Positions 25,309 through 39,656 of a stretch of DNA of 64,000 nucleotides are shown piece by piece. The translations under genes and the position numbers were made by a program. Each line of letters opens with the position of its first letter. Position 1 is the stretch's first letter. The notes below the pieces were generated by a model. That model worked only from the letters and a program-made list of their open reading frames with translations, did no database searches and had not been told where the DNA came from. Source of the DNA: Yuukianura sp. NJ FZ-2021. Its lineage: Eukaryota. The stretch is from NCBI GenBank assembly GCA_046563655.1, contig CM102289.1, forward strand, positions 4,650,001-4,714,000. Direction: 5' to 3'.

Positions 25309-26411
25309 ATGCTAACGTTAGCATCGGGTACCCGATGGTCAACCATCGAGATTGGCATTTTTTTCTTAAGTTTTACTTTAATTGGACTTGATGCCAGCGA
25401 TTGCTTGTACAACCAATGTACATTTCCCCCGGAAGGATATCACAGTCCGTGCTCAGGCCTTGGAAATAGACAGCTAATTCGCAGTGTTAGTTGCGGTGAC
25501 GGATCACTTTGGCACATTTGCTGCTTGACACACCGTAAGTTTTAAAAATTCAACCTTCTCAAAAATAATATTTTAAACCTGTAGCTACTCCCATGTCCTT
25601 AATTTTCGGGAAAAAATTATTTTCAGAACGCGACGACATTCAAAAGAGTCGGCAAGAGTGGTTTCGAAAAGTTACCAGATTGGGAGTCACCATTGGACCC
25701 AACTGCATGCGCAGAATCCTTTGTGAGCAGTCGTGCAAAGATGGACTCAGCGGAAAAGCCCGATCCGACTACCCAGAAGTCCTTGACACAGAAATGAACG
25801 ACGACGTCGCAAAAAGTTATGTCAAAGCGTACGCTGATGGAGAAAATTTGTCTTGCTATGGTCTTGTCAAGTCTGGCGACGTTGTCGCCACGACATCCGA
25901 TTGCGAAAGTCGTTGCAGCGAAACTTATTCCGAATGCCTTGCTGATATGGAATCGAATTTCGATGCGCAATCCATTTACGCCGTATCAGGTATTGGGCAC
26001 AAGTTGGGAATGTTTTTGTTTAACGTTGTTTGGTGGATGGATGATGGTGCGACGTGGACCAAGGATTTTGTAAAAGCAAAATTTGGCGAATTGCGCGATG
26101 GTATGAACAAGCTACAGCAAAATTTCGAATCCTATTTGGAAAAGGATCCGAGACCAAAACGAAACGCGGATTCTGAAAAGTATGAAAAAAATTGGGAACC
26201 ATTTCTGAACTGGTATAATAAAACAGATCCAAGATTGGTAGAAATTCTGTCTGGTCAAGTAACTTATCAGAAATTTCTGTTTTACAAAAACGTTACAGAG
26301 GAAATCGTATTGAATGAGAATTTTGAAAATTTTCCGAAGTCGGGATGTTGCAACACATCCGCATTTGGAAAATTTGTCATTGCTTTAATTCTGTTTGTTT
26401 GTTACTTTTAA
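25309..26411 (+). CDS. Cys-rich secreted, possibly GPI-anchored protein with DM4/DM12-like motifs (2 exons)
   Basis: Signal-like N-terminus; phase-1 intron ending at 25626; GPNCMRRILCE and YVKAYADG...C...YSEC motifs; hydrophobic C-terminal tail. Confidence 0.65.
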
Positions 26412-26977
26412 TTCTTCAACGCTTTACCCAGATTTTCAAGTTCTTAGGAATGTTTAGAAAAAACTAAAAGCCATTAAATTAAAACCTCCTTGTTCAAAAT
26501 TTGTGCTTTGACAGAAGAACTTCTTCTATATTATAATTTAGTTATAAAAATCTCATAAAGATAAGATTTGTTAGTTAAAATTACAATAAAAGGCAAACGA
26601 AAATCTGTTTGTATTCGAAACTGTGAACGATCAAAAATGCAAAATATATTCTGCAAAATTTGTGTAAGTTCTCAAACATTTTATTGTGGATTTTTTTATT
26701 TAAAAATTGTAATTCAACTCTAATTTCTACAAAACTTGGAGTCACTGCCTCTAGTTGATGTAACTTCTGTTTACTATGCAAAAACAAAGTGAAAAGAGTT
26801 ATAATGATTTCTTTATCATGGTTTTCACTTAAATTATTTGAAATGTTTAAAGTCAATCATTTCAAGATGACAATCATAAGGATTGGATACCAATTTAATT
26901 AAATGCATCCAAAAAAAACTGTACAGTAATACGAAGAAGCAGTTGAAGCCGTTTGATTGTGAATTCAACAGTTTTCT

Positions 26978-29900
26978 CTAAACGGCGATTACCGTGTCGT
27001 TGGTAGGTTTAGGGTGAAAGTGGACAGTTCTGTAAGGACTTGCAGGGACGATTGAAGGGCACACGAAGCCACCACTTCCGTTTCTGCCCTTGTGCATAAC
27101 TCCTATTCCTCGAAGCCACCTTCTTCGTTCGTAGTAGAAAACTGGTTGAGCATCGAACATTGGAACGACGGTTTGACCCAGGTCAGACTCAAGACTAGTT
27201 GCTCCGAATTCCACGTACGAATTCAAAACTGAGTCAGGCATTGATGGACCTGGTTGCCTCCTGGGGTCATAGACTACAGAGATGTCAATGGGGTTACGTG
27301 ATCTAGGAAGAGCTGATATCCATTTTGACTCTGATGTGTTGAGAGAGATGGCGGTGGGGTTATCGTCCGGCCAGACAATGGCAGTCGTCTGAATCTCAAG
27401 GTTCAACGACCTGTCAGCTTCGTTGTATTTGAACCGGAGTCCAGTGACGACTGTACCATCTTCTCCCAAAATCAGGTCAATGTTCAGACGTCGAAATCCA
27501 CCGACTCCTAGTGGGATTTGCTTGGCTTCAGTAGTCGGTTTTTCTATCCACCGCAGCGAACTTTCATCCACAACTCCATTCATGATCGGCTTTCCTTCTT
27601 CGATCTTTTAAAAGAAAATAAAAATTCACACATTTCAAATTCACATTTACATATTTTTTCCTTACCGCAAGTCGAATTGTGTTTCCATCTTTTACAAATC
27701 GAACAGCAGAGACGATGAATCCCTTCTCTGCATTAGAGGTCAGCGGGCTTAAGTCAAAGTACTCCCTGTCCTTGGGGTCAAATGGGGTCATGCAATTGCA
27801 AAGGCAAAGTTCGCAATAATTTGGCGTTTTCAACACAACACCATTTCCCATTTCCCAAAATTCCCTGGCCGTAGTAATTTCTCCTGCGCAAGGTGGTTGA
27901 GCAGGGTTTTCGTTACCTACATATATGTTCCAACCAAGCATTACGTTAGAGGTCATAGTGGCGAGTAAGTTTTGACTTTCTCACCAAAATTTGGAAGGCC
28001 TATGACCGTTTCGTTGAAGCTGATCCACTCGTACGGTTTGGATGAGTCGTTTGATGCACAAATGCGTACTTCTGTTCCGGCCCGACGACACTTAGAAATG
28101 TCTGACAGTAAAAATCTTATTCCAAATGTGTTCTGAAACTAGTTAAAATCTTACATTCATAGCGTACTGCGGACATTGGGGTTTTTCTAAGCACTTTGTT
28201 GACCTTTCTGAGCAATGCGAGTTTCTCAAAAGAGGACAATGTGGTCCACGACACAAAGTGGTTGGACGTTTAAAATCTGAACAAGTACCGCCGCAGGTAG
28301 CGTCTGGATCCAAAGCCAGCTCACTTTCAAGGTACCCCTACTCAAATATAATGACAGCATACCATTTAAAACTTAAGTATTGGTATTAGCAAAGCGATAA
28401 AAAAATCAAGTGTAACCTTGAATGCTTTTTCGAATCCAACCGCCACTACGTCTGGTCTCCTGTCGTCTAAATACCCAACTGTATCGTTGTCCTTCAACGG
28501 ACCAGCGGGAGGATCTAAATAGAATGGACATTGTGATGTAAAAATTTAGTCGTTTTCTAAGATTTAAAAGATAAATCGGTTTGGGAGAAGTAAATTTTTC
28601 TAACGTATGTTTACCGTAGGGAAATGAAGGGCTTGCACTTGGCTTGACCCCGGTGGAAATGTTTCTACCCCATTGCCCCCTCTCCCCCGCGAAGTTATAC
28701 GGAGGAAGGTCACATTTAAAGACGACTGGGCCAGCAGGGTGTGGCCACCCAGCACCATCAAACATCGGAAACTTGATTTTTCGTTGAATTCGGCCCAACA
28801 TCTCCGCCCATATAGCTTCCCTCTTCTGTCGAACGATTTGTTTGTCGCTAGCGTCCTTTCCTGTAACGTACAACTTTCAAAAAGATAATTTTTCGAAAGA
28901 AAAAAGAAATGAACGACAAAAAATTGAGAAAAAAGGTGAAAGTTCAATCAGTAGTGGATTGTAAAGCATTAGTTAACTACAATATTAAACTTTTAATTAA
29001 AATTAACCTTTGAAGAAAGTCTGCATGGTGTGATTGTACACGTTCATGAAGAGTAGTTCCATGTCGGCAGTCACCAGAAGCGATGCGGCGTCCCCGATGA
29101 CATCAAAGATGTCAGGAATCACACCGAATTCGTTGTTTCCGTAACAAAAGTAATTGAGCTGATCCGTCGCAGAGGTTTCTGGTTGTTTCTACGCATAAAA
29201 TGTATTAAACACAAGTTGAAAAGTTTTTTAATTTAAAGAAAGTTTTTTTTAAATGTTAAAAATTTTGGGCTTTTACTATTGAAGACAGAAGCACGAGAAG
29301 ACGTCGAATCAAGTGTCCCGTTCCATTTCCACTACGCACAATTTCCCGATCGAGAATTTGACCAACTTCCATGACATTCAAGCTGGCTCCGATTTTCCGC
29401 ATTCCTTAAAGGTGAAATGTCAAAGATTTTTTTTTAAATGAATACAAACCTAGTACTTGTTTTTATAGATAATCCATATTGTTATTTGTATTACCGTCTT
29501 CTAAAAACTTGGCTCCCCAAATTGGAAATCGATCCTCCGACAATATTTGAATAACGCCTGCTTGATAGTCATGTTCCCCACTTAGTATTTTTGTTGTGGA
29601 AGCATTGAAGGCAAAATGAATGACAGCAGCTAGTTCCTGCATAGCTATCCATTTTAGCTTTAGACGAATCAAAGCATCCGAACTTGTGGCTAACCTTTCC
29701 AGAACATGCCTACACCAGAACCAAAAATGTTGAACCAGAAATACATTAAACAATATTCTTCGATGTTCTTCAATATTTTTAGGTTTACATGTGGTTTATT
29801 CCAATTGCCGCGTTCAACACTGGAAATGGATTTCCATCACGCAAGCGCTCGCTTCTTTCTCGGAGAAAAGCAAGGAATTCCGGTACGTGAAACTTCACAA

Positions 29901-30273
29901 ATGATTCCTTCAAGTCTGTTTTGTCACTTGGATTTGGAATACTCTGAAAAGTAAAAGAAACATTCAGTATTAAAATCAATTAAAATTTTACACTTAATTA
30001 ATTAAGCTGACACCTTACGTCAATCAGAGCCCAAACATTTTCCACCAGGGTTCTGAGTCTGTCGATACTTTCCGCCTGCAGCAGTACAAACTCTAACCAT
30101 TTCGGGTTTTCTTTGAAAGCGTCCACAACTTCCGGCCCTGGAGAGATGAGAGTTTGTGCAAATGTAAATGGAATTAAAGCTAGCACAATGACACTCAATA
30201 GTGTGAAACAACGAACTGGCCAACAGAACTCATCTTCAGAGGAGCGATTTGTAAAAACATTAAGCACAACCAT
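26978..30273 (-). CDS. Secreted DUF4803 / Orion-like protein (multi-exon)
   Basis: Signal-like segment (TLLSVIVLALIPFTFA); motifs CELCLCNC, VSAVRFVK, VVTGLRF, DLGQTVVPMFDAQPV and LRGIGVMHKGRNGSGGF, which match my recollection of the arthropod DUF4803 C-terminus. The 5' end is approximate. Confidence 0.7.
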
Positions 30274-31073
30274 TCTCTTCTAAAAAAAAATTCAAGAAAG
30301 CTTAAATCCAAGAGCATTTGCTTTTTGATTGTTTCAATAGTGTTATTTGAAAGACAATTTCTTAGTGTTAACTGGAGCCTACACAAAACGTTTTATGACT
30401 TTCATTGTTTATGGTTTTGGAGTCACTTTTACAATGAATTCAAAACTTTTTGTGTAATTCTTAGAAAGTATAAGAGGGCATCGAATCCATTCATTTTGTT
30501 TACACAATGCTAAAGGAACTTTAGAAATGGATTCTGCGTATAAGGATCTAGTATTAAAAGAATTTTAAAGTCTTGTAAAAACAAAAGTTTTACAACCTTA
30601 TTAATTTTTTTCTCATTAGATCTCACACAAAACTTTTCACGTGGCGGGGTTCGAATGTCCCAGGGCAACATTCCTGTACTATGCAAACGCTTTTGGTTAA
30701 GAATTTGACTCAACAGGTACCTTGTTAAGCACAAAGTTAGCCTAGTTAAGCAAGCGGTTAGTGATTCTTTTCTAATTCGCCGGTTCTAGTATGTATAACC
30801 ATTATAGTTGACCAAATAACATTAGTAGTTCTCTTTAGGCGTGCGGTTGCTGCGGCGTATGAAGTGGTGCTATACTTTCTCCCAAGGTCACATTTCAGTT
30901 TTGGGGAAGAAAGTTGATTCTCTATCGATTTGGTCTGGAGAGTGGCTAAGATTTGGGTTTTGAGAATCATTACCCTCTCTGGATGTGGGTCACTTCCTCA
31001 GTTTTGTAGTTTAGAGCTTTTGTTGTCATGACGACCAAAAGTCCCACAGAAATCAATCAATAGAAACAACTTT

Positions 31074-32819
31074 ATGCCTTGCATGTCTCTTTCTCGGCTC
31101 AACATTTTGTCCAATAACGTCGCAGTTTCCTTGTCTCCAGTCAGGCAATCACAGTCAATCCATTTTTATTCCTTGTCAACACAAATCAACAGCTATTCAT
31201 CAGTCGTTCATCAGCGTAAGTCAAAGCATAAAGGTTTGGTAAAGTTTCTCAGTATTTCAAAAGTTCTAAGAACTTTTAAATTCACCTACAGATTACCAAA
31301 GTAGAGAATTTTAATTCAAATTTCAGTTTCTCGGAAATAAGCATGCTAATATTTCCAGATTTGAAATGCGCGAAGGTGATGGGTCTGAAAACTCTGAAAC
31401 TGTTTGCGTAACAGAAGAAGAGGAGCCACCTCGAACCAAGTCTCCACTGATGGATGCTGCCAAGTTTTTCCAAGATCGTATGGAGCATCACTCGGTAGAG
31501 CAGTACATTCCGCACAGTGGACCACTTTTAGGTGCGGAAGAAATGGAGAAGTACTTGGGTGGTAGGAAGGCCATTGTTCAAATGACGACTTGGAACTCCG
31601 GGTCACTTCCGATTCCTAAGGAGTATCAGTTGCGCAAACTGTTCTTTCACGAGCAGGACGAGATGCTTAAGAAAGTGGACATACATGTCGTGGCAATCCA
31701 GGAGTGCTGGCCAGACGCTGAAGCTTGGGAACTTTCGCTCCAAAGCGTCTTAGGCATTGGATTCGGACTGTTCGATTCCATGGCTTTTGGCACCCTGCAT
31801 ATCAGCGTCTTCATAAGGAGAGATCTCCTGTGGTTCACTACAGGCGAGCAAAGCATTCGAAATATAAAATTTAAAAATTTTGAAATCTAATTTGAAAAAT
31901 TCGTTTAAATTTTTTTTTCAATTCAGAGGCTTATGATTCGACAATCAGCGTCCGATCTGGTCGTTTGTTTAAGACAAAAGGAGCAGTGGGAATAAGTTTC
32001 GGTTTTTTCGGCTCCCGATTTCTTTTCCTCTGTGCCCATCTTTCGGCTGGAAAAGAAGAAGCCAGGATTCGCCAACGAGTAGAAGAACTGCGCAAGATTT
32101 TGACAAATGAAAAGGACAAGCAGTTGGGCCACTATGACGCCGTATTCTTGGCGGGAGATTTGAATTTCAGAATCAATGGAATGTCACGTGAGGAAGTGAT
32201 TGAGTGTCTCCGATACAACCACATAAAGCCTCTGCTTGAAAAGGATGAACTGAACCACTTGTTCCACCGTAAAGACACTTTGCCAAAGTTCATGGAAGAC
32301 TACCTGGAAGCAGCGGCAGTCACGTTCAGGTTACCTAAAATTTTAAAAAATATTTTAGTTGCATTTTTGATGATTGATTATGTTTACTGAATTGGTATTT
32401 TTGATTTGTAGACCGACGTACAAGTATGATCTGGGGAGTGACGTTTTTGACTCGTCAAGCAAGCGCAGAGCTCCAGCCTATACAGATCGGATTCTGTACA
32501 AAACGAAGCATTTTAACGCAGATTATCCAGACGTCATCTGTCTCGCGTACGAAGCAGTCACGAACATGCGCCTGTCAGACCATAAACCAGTCTACGCCAT
32601 CTTCTCAGTCGCAATCAAACCAGGATTTGACACGTAATTCACACAAAAAAATACAGTTCCGTGAAAGAGAATTTTTAAATTCCAATTTTGTCCAACAGAT
32701 TGCCTCTTTCTGGAGCCAAGTTTAAACGTGACATTTTCGTAAAAGCTACCCAGCAACGAGCAAAGTACTTGCTAGAGCATCGAAAAAAGTTAGCTTCTAG
32801 TGTTTGCAGCGTCTCCTAA
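31074..32819 (+). CDS. INPP5E: Inositol polyphosphate 5-phosphatase E
   Basis: 5-phosphatase motifs TWN, AIQE, KTKGAV, CAHL, GDLNFR, PTYKYD, RAPAYTDRILY and SDHKPV; C-terminal CaaX box CSVS-stop as in INPP5E. The start codon is uncertain. Confidence 0.9.
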
Positions 32820-33025
32820 TTCTATTTTAGCGGGAAACGTCCAAAAATGCTTAGCATAAGCGTCCATTTGCGAAGGACAGCGTTATGCACTCGTGAAATA
32901 TTTTACGTTTGGCTTTTTATTGTGCTAACATTTTGGAAGTTTCTTTGTTTAATAAACTTTGGAATCTTGGCTTAACGAATCTCAGCAGTGTTTTTTATGA
33001 ATTGACAAATTAGAAGATTTTGAAT

Positions 33026-33862
33026 TTATTTAGAACAGATGAGATCGGGAACATGATCAAAGTGTGATGGACCCACAACCACTTGGACGTTTTCAATCAG
33101 GATAATGGAACCAGGTCTCATCGTTATGGTCCCAACGACGACAACCTAAAACAACAAATCAAAGCAAAATTAACACTTAAACGTAAAAAATTTTTAACTT
33201 ACAGAAAGTTTTCTGCAATCTAACTTTTTTTTCTGTAACTTTGTTTGACTTTTTTTCTGAGACTTTGGTTTACAAACCTCGTCGACCGGTCCAAAGTAGA
33301 CGATTTTTTGACAGTAGCCATCCTTGTACTCTCTGTCACCAGTGGAAATGTCCGGTAGAATCTCCGACTCCTCTTCCACTTCATCCGTGTCTCTGTTCAG
33401 AGATCGACCGACAACCGTCAGTGTTGAGTTGGTTCCTTCGTCCAAATTTGTAAAGTACTTGATCACTACAATCACAGACTCTAGTACTGGCTGCTCTCTC
33501 TGCACTTCTAGCAGCCGTATTTTTCCCTCCGCAGGAGCTCCAGCAAGTAACCAAGCATTTCTTGCGTGAAATGTATATGTTAGCACTCTTGCAAAACTGG
33601 GTAGTCTTCCGTAGAAAGTGAATCCTTCCACTTGGAAGTTGTCTTCTGGAATGGGAAAGAGGGCTCCACTGCTGTGGGCCTCTGCGAGGTCAAAGGTCAG
33701 TCCGTATTTGGTGGCTGGAGTTCTCCAGGACCCAGCGACGGGGCCTGGGACGAACACAGGTCCGTCTCTGGTAAGGAACACAAAAAGTAGTGACAAAGGA
33801 AGCAGAATGAGAACGATGGAGCCACACACTTCGTATGGACGCATGGCACATGCCCGCTCCAA
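33026..33862 (-). CDS. Uncharacterised protein with N-terminal membrane anchor or signal (2 exons)
   Basis: 222-codon ORF with hydrophobic IVLILLPLSLLFVFL; spliced last exon VVVVGTITMRPG...DLICSK-TAA ending at 33026. Confidence 0.65.
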
Positions 33863-34799
33863 TCATACGAAAATACTAATGTGGATTTTTTTTTGAAGAA
33901 ATCCCTCTCAAAACGCTTTGAAATTTAAATGCTCTTCTCCAGGCATGGCTACTCTTTAAACTGTGATTATACAAGACTGAAGAAAAGCAGAATTTTGGAG
34001 GAAAAGTTTCGCGACATTTCCAAAAGTTGTACTGTGGACGTTGATGGATGAGAGTGTTTGGTTCAAAACCTTTATCGCACTTCACGCTGTTTATTTTGAT
34101 AAAATTACTCAATTGCGCTGAACTTGGAAAAAAATACAGAAATGAAAAGACTCCAAGCATTCACTTATTGTTATGAAAGTTGAAATTAAATACGGGAGTG
34201 TTTGAGTGCATGTCATGACCCGTGACAGTTGGCCATTTCTAATCTAATCTCAACTTTCTATCTCACGGTCTCTGTGACCGATTTAAAATGAACCGACTTT
34301 CTCCAACTCTAGCTTTCTCCGTTAATGAATTGATTAGCAATTGTGGCTTTGCATGTTTCCACAAAATAACAAACTCCCAAGCGGATTTTCGAGACCGATT
34401 AGCATCAATTACAAACTGGAGCAGCTCCATACGTGTGCAGTTCCTCACTTCAAACTGCGGACTGCTCAAAACAACAACCTGAACACAATGAAAGTTGTTC
34501 AAATAAGACCTAATGAATTCGAAAACATTAAATTTTTAATGAAACTTTTGAAGATATAAATTACTTGCATTGCTTTGCAATCCATTTTTGAAAAATTGAC
34601 ATTGCCCATTTGATAAGACTAAACTACGAAAATTCTAAATTGTTGAATTTATTTCGTTTCGTTTCATGATTTCGGTCATTCGTCGTTCGCGAATGCAAAA
34701 TTCTCTTGTGGAAAGTAAGGTGGCCTGGAAAACCAAAAAAGAGAGTTTAGGAGCTATTTTTGAAAATTGGATATCGAACGTACAAAATTCGATAAACAT

Positions 34800-36452
34800 T
34801 TAAAACTGTCCGGCAACTCTTGTGCTCCTTCGCTGAGACAACCTTAAATTTTGTTGTGGCCATTCTGGATTCGTAGGAACGCGGGAATCTGGCCTTCTGA
34901 AGTACTCTTCCTCTTCGTCATCATCCGGAACATAAATTTTGTTGACTCTAAAAATGTCAGAAGACTCTGATCCATCTAGAGAAGGAACATAGTAACCGCC
35001 GGGGACCCCTTGACCTCTGTCCCATGACCCTTGACCCGAGTCATGGTCCTCTCGTTTTCCTAGCTTCCCGTTCACCATAGTTTTCCTAATCTGATGTAAA
35101 GGATTCTCTCGCTCGTAGAACTTCTCTTCGTCAGTAACCTGCGTCATTGCTTTGCTCACTTCTTTATCTCTGTAAATCCAAATTTCAATTTTTTCAAATT
35201 ACGCAAAACTTAAATTGTCAATTCAAATTTTGATATTTTTGTTGCCTGTTGAGGTCATCTGAAGCCTTCTTGAGCCAAGCCAAACAAAGTAAAACTGACA
35301 CGACAATGACCGAGCCAAGACAAGCCACTACCCAGATCCACCCGGCGGTACGCACAGCTTCTTTTGGCGGTATATACGGAAAGTACCCAACGGGAATTAG
35401 ATCTCCTGAGTACATGGACCACATTTCATCGATTCTGACTCCTGTCATTACGTACGCTCCATTGACGTCGTAAATCGCTATGGCAAAGGTCACTTCCACG
35501 CATTCTTTGAATGTCGGCCAAGATCTGCTGCAGAAACGCATTTCTTCTTGAGGAACCATCACATCCGACAACCTGGAATTTAGAAAAAAAAAATCGGTAT
35601 GAAATACTTCGCATTCAAAAGTAGAAATTGAACACTAACTTTGCTGCATTCTGTAGCTCAATTCCTTTGCTCTGACAGTATTTGTTGGTCATGTTTGCCA
35701 AAGCATCTCTGAAAACGTCTACTTCAGACACAAACTGAAAACAAATTCAAAATAGATTAAATTTTTAAAACTAATTTCGGGCTAATTATTAGTTAATTTG
35801 TCACTTTTGCGTACTTGAGTTGGAGTTTTGCCTGTGACGAATTTTGTAACGTAGTCATTTGGAGTTTGCCCGGGTGGAATCGTTGTTGGAGGTTCGGTTG
35901 TGGTCGTAACTTCCTCTGGTTTCCTTTCTAAAAATGATCATGTTAATTTTTAAAATCAAAAAACGAAAGAAAAACCTCAAATTGCTTTATTTTTTTTTTA
36001 CCAAAGTATGATATTTCAAGCTGAAATTCTAGATTTGCAATTGAGCTTTCTTGGACTCCATGAAAGAAAATGGCCACCCCTTCCTCATGAAGCAGACGGA
36101 ATACCAGGGTGTCGTTTGCTGTCCATGACAATAAAACGCTTTCGTCAATGGGCAACTGTTTTATAACGTCAGCTATGGGCAGTGTGCCTCCGGTAACAGG
36201 AAATGGTTGTTTTGACAGCAGCAGAAAGTCGCCTCTTTGTCCATCAATGTTGAGTTTTCTAACTGTAACTTCAACGTCATGTTGAAACCTCCACAATTTG
36301 TCTAACGTAGTACCGGGGTAACCCTCACCGGCCGAATTCAGACGCAGAGGACTTCCTACTGGAATTTGTGGTTCGGTAACAATCTCCACGTTTTGCGACA
36401 AAGTCACACCCAGTAACGCAAACGCAAACACAAACACTAACAGGCCCTTCAT
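34800..36452 (-). CDS. Uncharacterised single-pass type I membrane protein (multi-exon)
   Basis: Signal peptide MKGLLVFVFAFALLGVTLS; Thr/Pro linker exon ~35810-35925; Cys-containing ectodomain; TM WIWVVACLGSVIVVSVLLCLAWL; acidic cytoplasmic tail. Confidence 0.75.
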
Positions 36453-36868
36453 TGTGTGCCTTTTAGTCCAACTTTTACTAGTGTCAATCTAACATCATTC
36501 GCCAATGTACTAAAAAATTTCAAAACGCATCTTATCTTTTTTATCAGTAGATAAAAATGATACAAAATGGTTTGGAAATTGCAAATCCTCTTATCAACAA
36601 ATCCAAACATTTTTATATTTTAAAAAAATCAAATGCAACAATAAAATAACTAAATAACAAAATATAATAATTGTACTAAAAATAACTAAAATGCTTAGCA
36701 ATATTTTGTGAAATACTAAAGCACCGTTAGTACGGTGAGGCCCATGTAAAATCGAACGGCGATTTTCTGGCGTGCTCCGCATTTGTATATCCTAATTCCT
36801 AAGTTAAATTAGTAGGAACAATACTGTGTATGAGGTACAACTGGAACTACATTAAAATGTCAATTTTC

Positions 36869-38038
36869 TTAAACTTCTTCTGCAATGATCTTATAGCGTA
36901 TCCGTCTCACAGGCCGTCGACAGTTGCCATGGTGATCTCTCCTCATGTTTTCTGGACAGGGAGCAGCACCCGGTGACTTGTCGAAGCTTGGTGTGCGGAA
37001 AAGAGAGTGGAACGTGATTTGATCTTGTACACGCGTGGTTGCGTTCTGTTGCTTTGGTCTGTTGTCTCCCATATCAGAAGTGTTCGGATTTGATGCGGCG
37101 GAGGTTTCAAAAATAATTCGAGGTAGTAGTTGACCTTGGCCGTTGTCATAGCGACTGTTCAGATTCTCCGTCGATGGAATGATCCAAGCATTCGTCTGGA
37201 AGGATGTGGAACCTAATGAGCAAAAAGTAAATTTTCTCAAACGAAGCTCAACATCGCATGTACATGCTAAGTGTTTTTCTGGACAAAAAAATCTCAGTTT
37301 CAGAAAAAAAAAATACGAAATCATTCTTTCCTTTCTCTACAATTTGGAAATTTTAATAATTATTATTGTGGAAAAGAATGGTAAAAAAAATACTCTCGCT
37401 TGTCTAAATGAAAAAAAAAACAGTAGTTTTGGCTTCATGCTTGAAAATATTGCGCAACATTTCACAAGGAAATTGGATAATGTTGCAAAAAACTTTTCTT
37501 CTCACCCTTTTGTGGTTTGCTTGTAGACGAGTCTTCGTTTTGTGTTCCTACGGTAGGCAAAGGTTCGTCATTGCCCGATCTCAGCTCCACGACTGGCTCA
37601 CTTTTTGCTCCAAAAGTTGAAAATTTTCGAGTATAACTGTAGCGATTTCGCGTTGTTGCAGCTGCAATTCAAAATGAAATGAAATTATCTAATTAAATTC
37701 TAAACGGTTCACTGAATCGGCTTAAATTTTTATAACTCCTTACCATCTTGCGCAAACATGATTTTGTCCAAGTACACAACACTTGAAGTTCCTTCCTGCG
37801 CAGGCGCTTTAGTTGTAGGTTTTGTTGGAACATTTAGCGTAGGATCAAATTTTCTGAATCCAAATCTCGGAAGAAACTCCACTTCATTTTGTGTGTCGTC
37901 AAATACGAAGTGTCCAGATTGCGGGAAAACAATTTTGTTTTGATCCACGTCTTTAATAGAGTGAATAACCTTCGGGAGAGGCGACAGGTCACTTGGCCTC
38001 AGCACCAGCACAAGTATCACACATATCAAATAAAGCAT
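36869..38038 (-). CDS. Uncharacterised secreted protein with C-terminal CPxxxxxDxxGxCR motif (3 exons)
   Basis: Signal MLYLICVILVLVL; phase-consistent exons ~38038-37744, ~37660-37507 and ~37213-36869; ends CPENMRRDHHGNCRR...EEV. Confidence 0.7.
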
Positions 38039-39656
38039 TATACTTTTTGAAAATTCAACTAACTTTGCTACCTCAAGTTGGAATCAAAGCTAAAAATGAT
38101 TTCCAAAATTCTGTAGTGGTTGTTGTAAATGATTTCTGAGAAATGGCGTGAATTTGATGACTATCCTCAGTATTTGTACTGACCGGTTGGTTCAGAAATT
38201 CCCACAGATGCTGTTCTATTGTTGTTCTTCAACAACAATTGCTGGAGGAAAACCGGTCTTGTCATGTGCTCATTTAATACACACGCTACATCTTCAATTA
38301 TGACGCCAAGCTCTGATCTGATCATCAACCCACCATTATGTAATATTTCGTATTTCATAAGCTTTTAACAATCCAGTCCCAAATTTTTGCACATGTTTTA
38401 ATTGAAAAACCAATAAGAACAGAGGAAAATAACATAAAAATGTTTTTGTAAAGTTTCCTCAAAATGTCGCTTTTTAAGAATCGAAGGTCAAAAGACGGGA
38501 GACAGACTGGCTCCGTTGGATTTGTAATTGACAGAAGATCCTGTTCCAGGTACCAAAATTTATCTGGAAAGTCCATCTGACTAGTCCATGTTGGACATAA
38601 ATTAATTTAGCACTCTGAGCGTGTGTTAATCAATAACTAACGTTTCCTCAACCGTTGCAAGGGGGAGTGTACCAAGGATTTTACGCCTTGCGTCATCAAC
38701 AGTCGTCATCATCACACAACATTAAACCTGTTTGTCAGCCTCCTCCTTCCTCCAAAACGTCAAAATTTCTTTGAAGTAGAAGTTGTTGTTGAAGTTACTC
38801 AAAATTCAAAACTCAAAAATTTAGCTCGTATAGCGCCTTGCATCTAAAGCAACATTTTCAAGCTGCTAAACACTTAGAGGGGGTTTGAATTGTTTTGAAA
38901 TCCAGTCGGCTCCAGTTTCAAAGTGCTACAATTAAACCCTAAAAAACCAAGTTAATTTCCATTTGTTTTGCAACTTTTTTCCTATGCTGGCACCGACGCT
39001 ATTATTCTCTTTTACTTCCAACTACACGGCAAACACGAAATACCGTAAAATTTCAAGTAGCCTTGCTGGTTTTAAAAGAAACTAACGGTGTCTAAAGAAA
39101 CAGGAAACGGAGTTTCTAATTCAATTGTGGTTCTACGGTAATGAAGATGCGACAGTGATGTCCTTGCGTGTGTTTGTGTGTTTTTGGTAGGAGGATCACT
39201 GTCAGGGAGAAATGTGGTGGGAATTGTTAGGAGCATTCGACAAAAAGCTATTGTTTGCATGGAATTGTTGACACTGATCTTGGACTCACCTGGATTGGCC
39301 CAACACCCAGCTAATGAGATCTACAACAGTAAGCAGAATTGTGTATGCAAAGTCATGACTTCATCCCACTACTTAGTACTCCCATTCAGTCTCTGCACAA
39401 AGCGCAATTAAGACAATTACCACAGTTCACATTACTCACTCGCACCTAATACTTACAAATAATACTTAGCAGTGCATCACAAAATCAGTCGTCACTTTGC
39501 AATCAGTTCTTCACAACAGTATTGAACCGGATACGATAACAAAGGTTAGGGAAAGTTGGACGCTGTTGGAGAAATAAGTTGCTGAAAATATATACGTAGT
39601 CTGTAATTCGTAATGAATTTGTGTCACTTTCCTGTCATTTTTGCGCTTTCTAAATT

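Noticed and set aside
38167..38576. Two short minus-strand ORFs as a possible gene or retroelement fragment
   Set aside because: No recognisable motif or consistent splice model.
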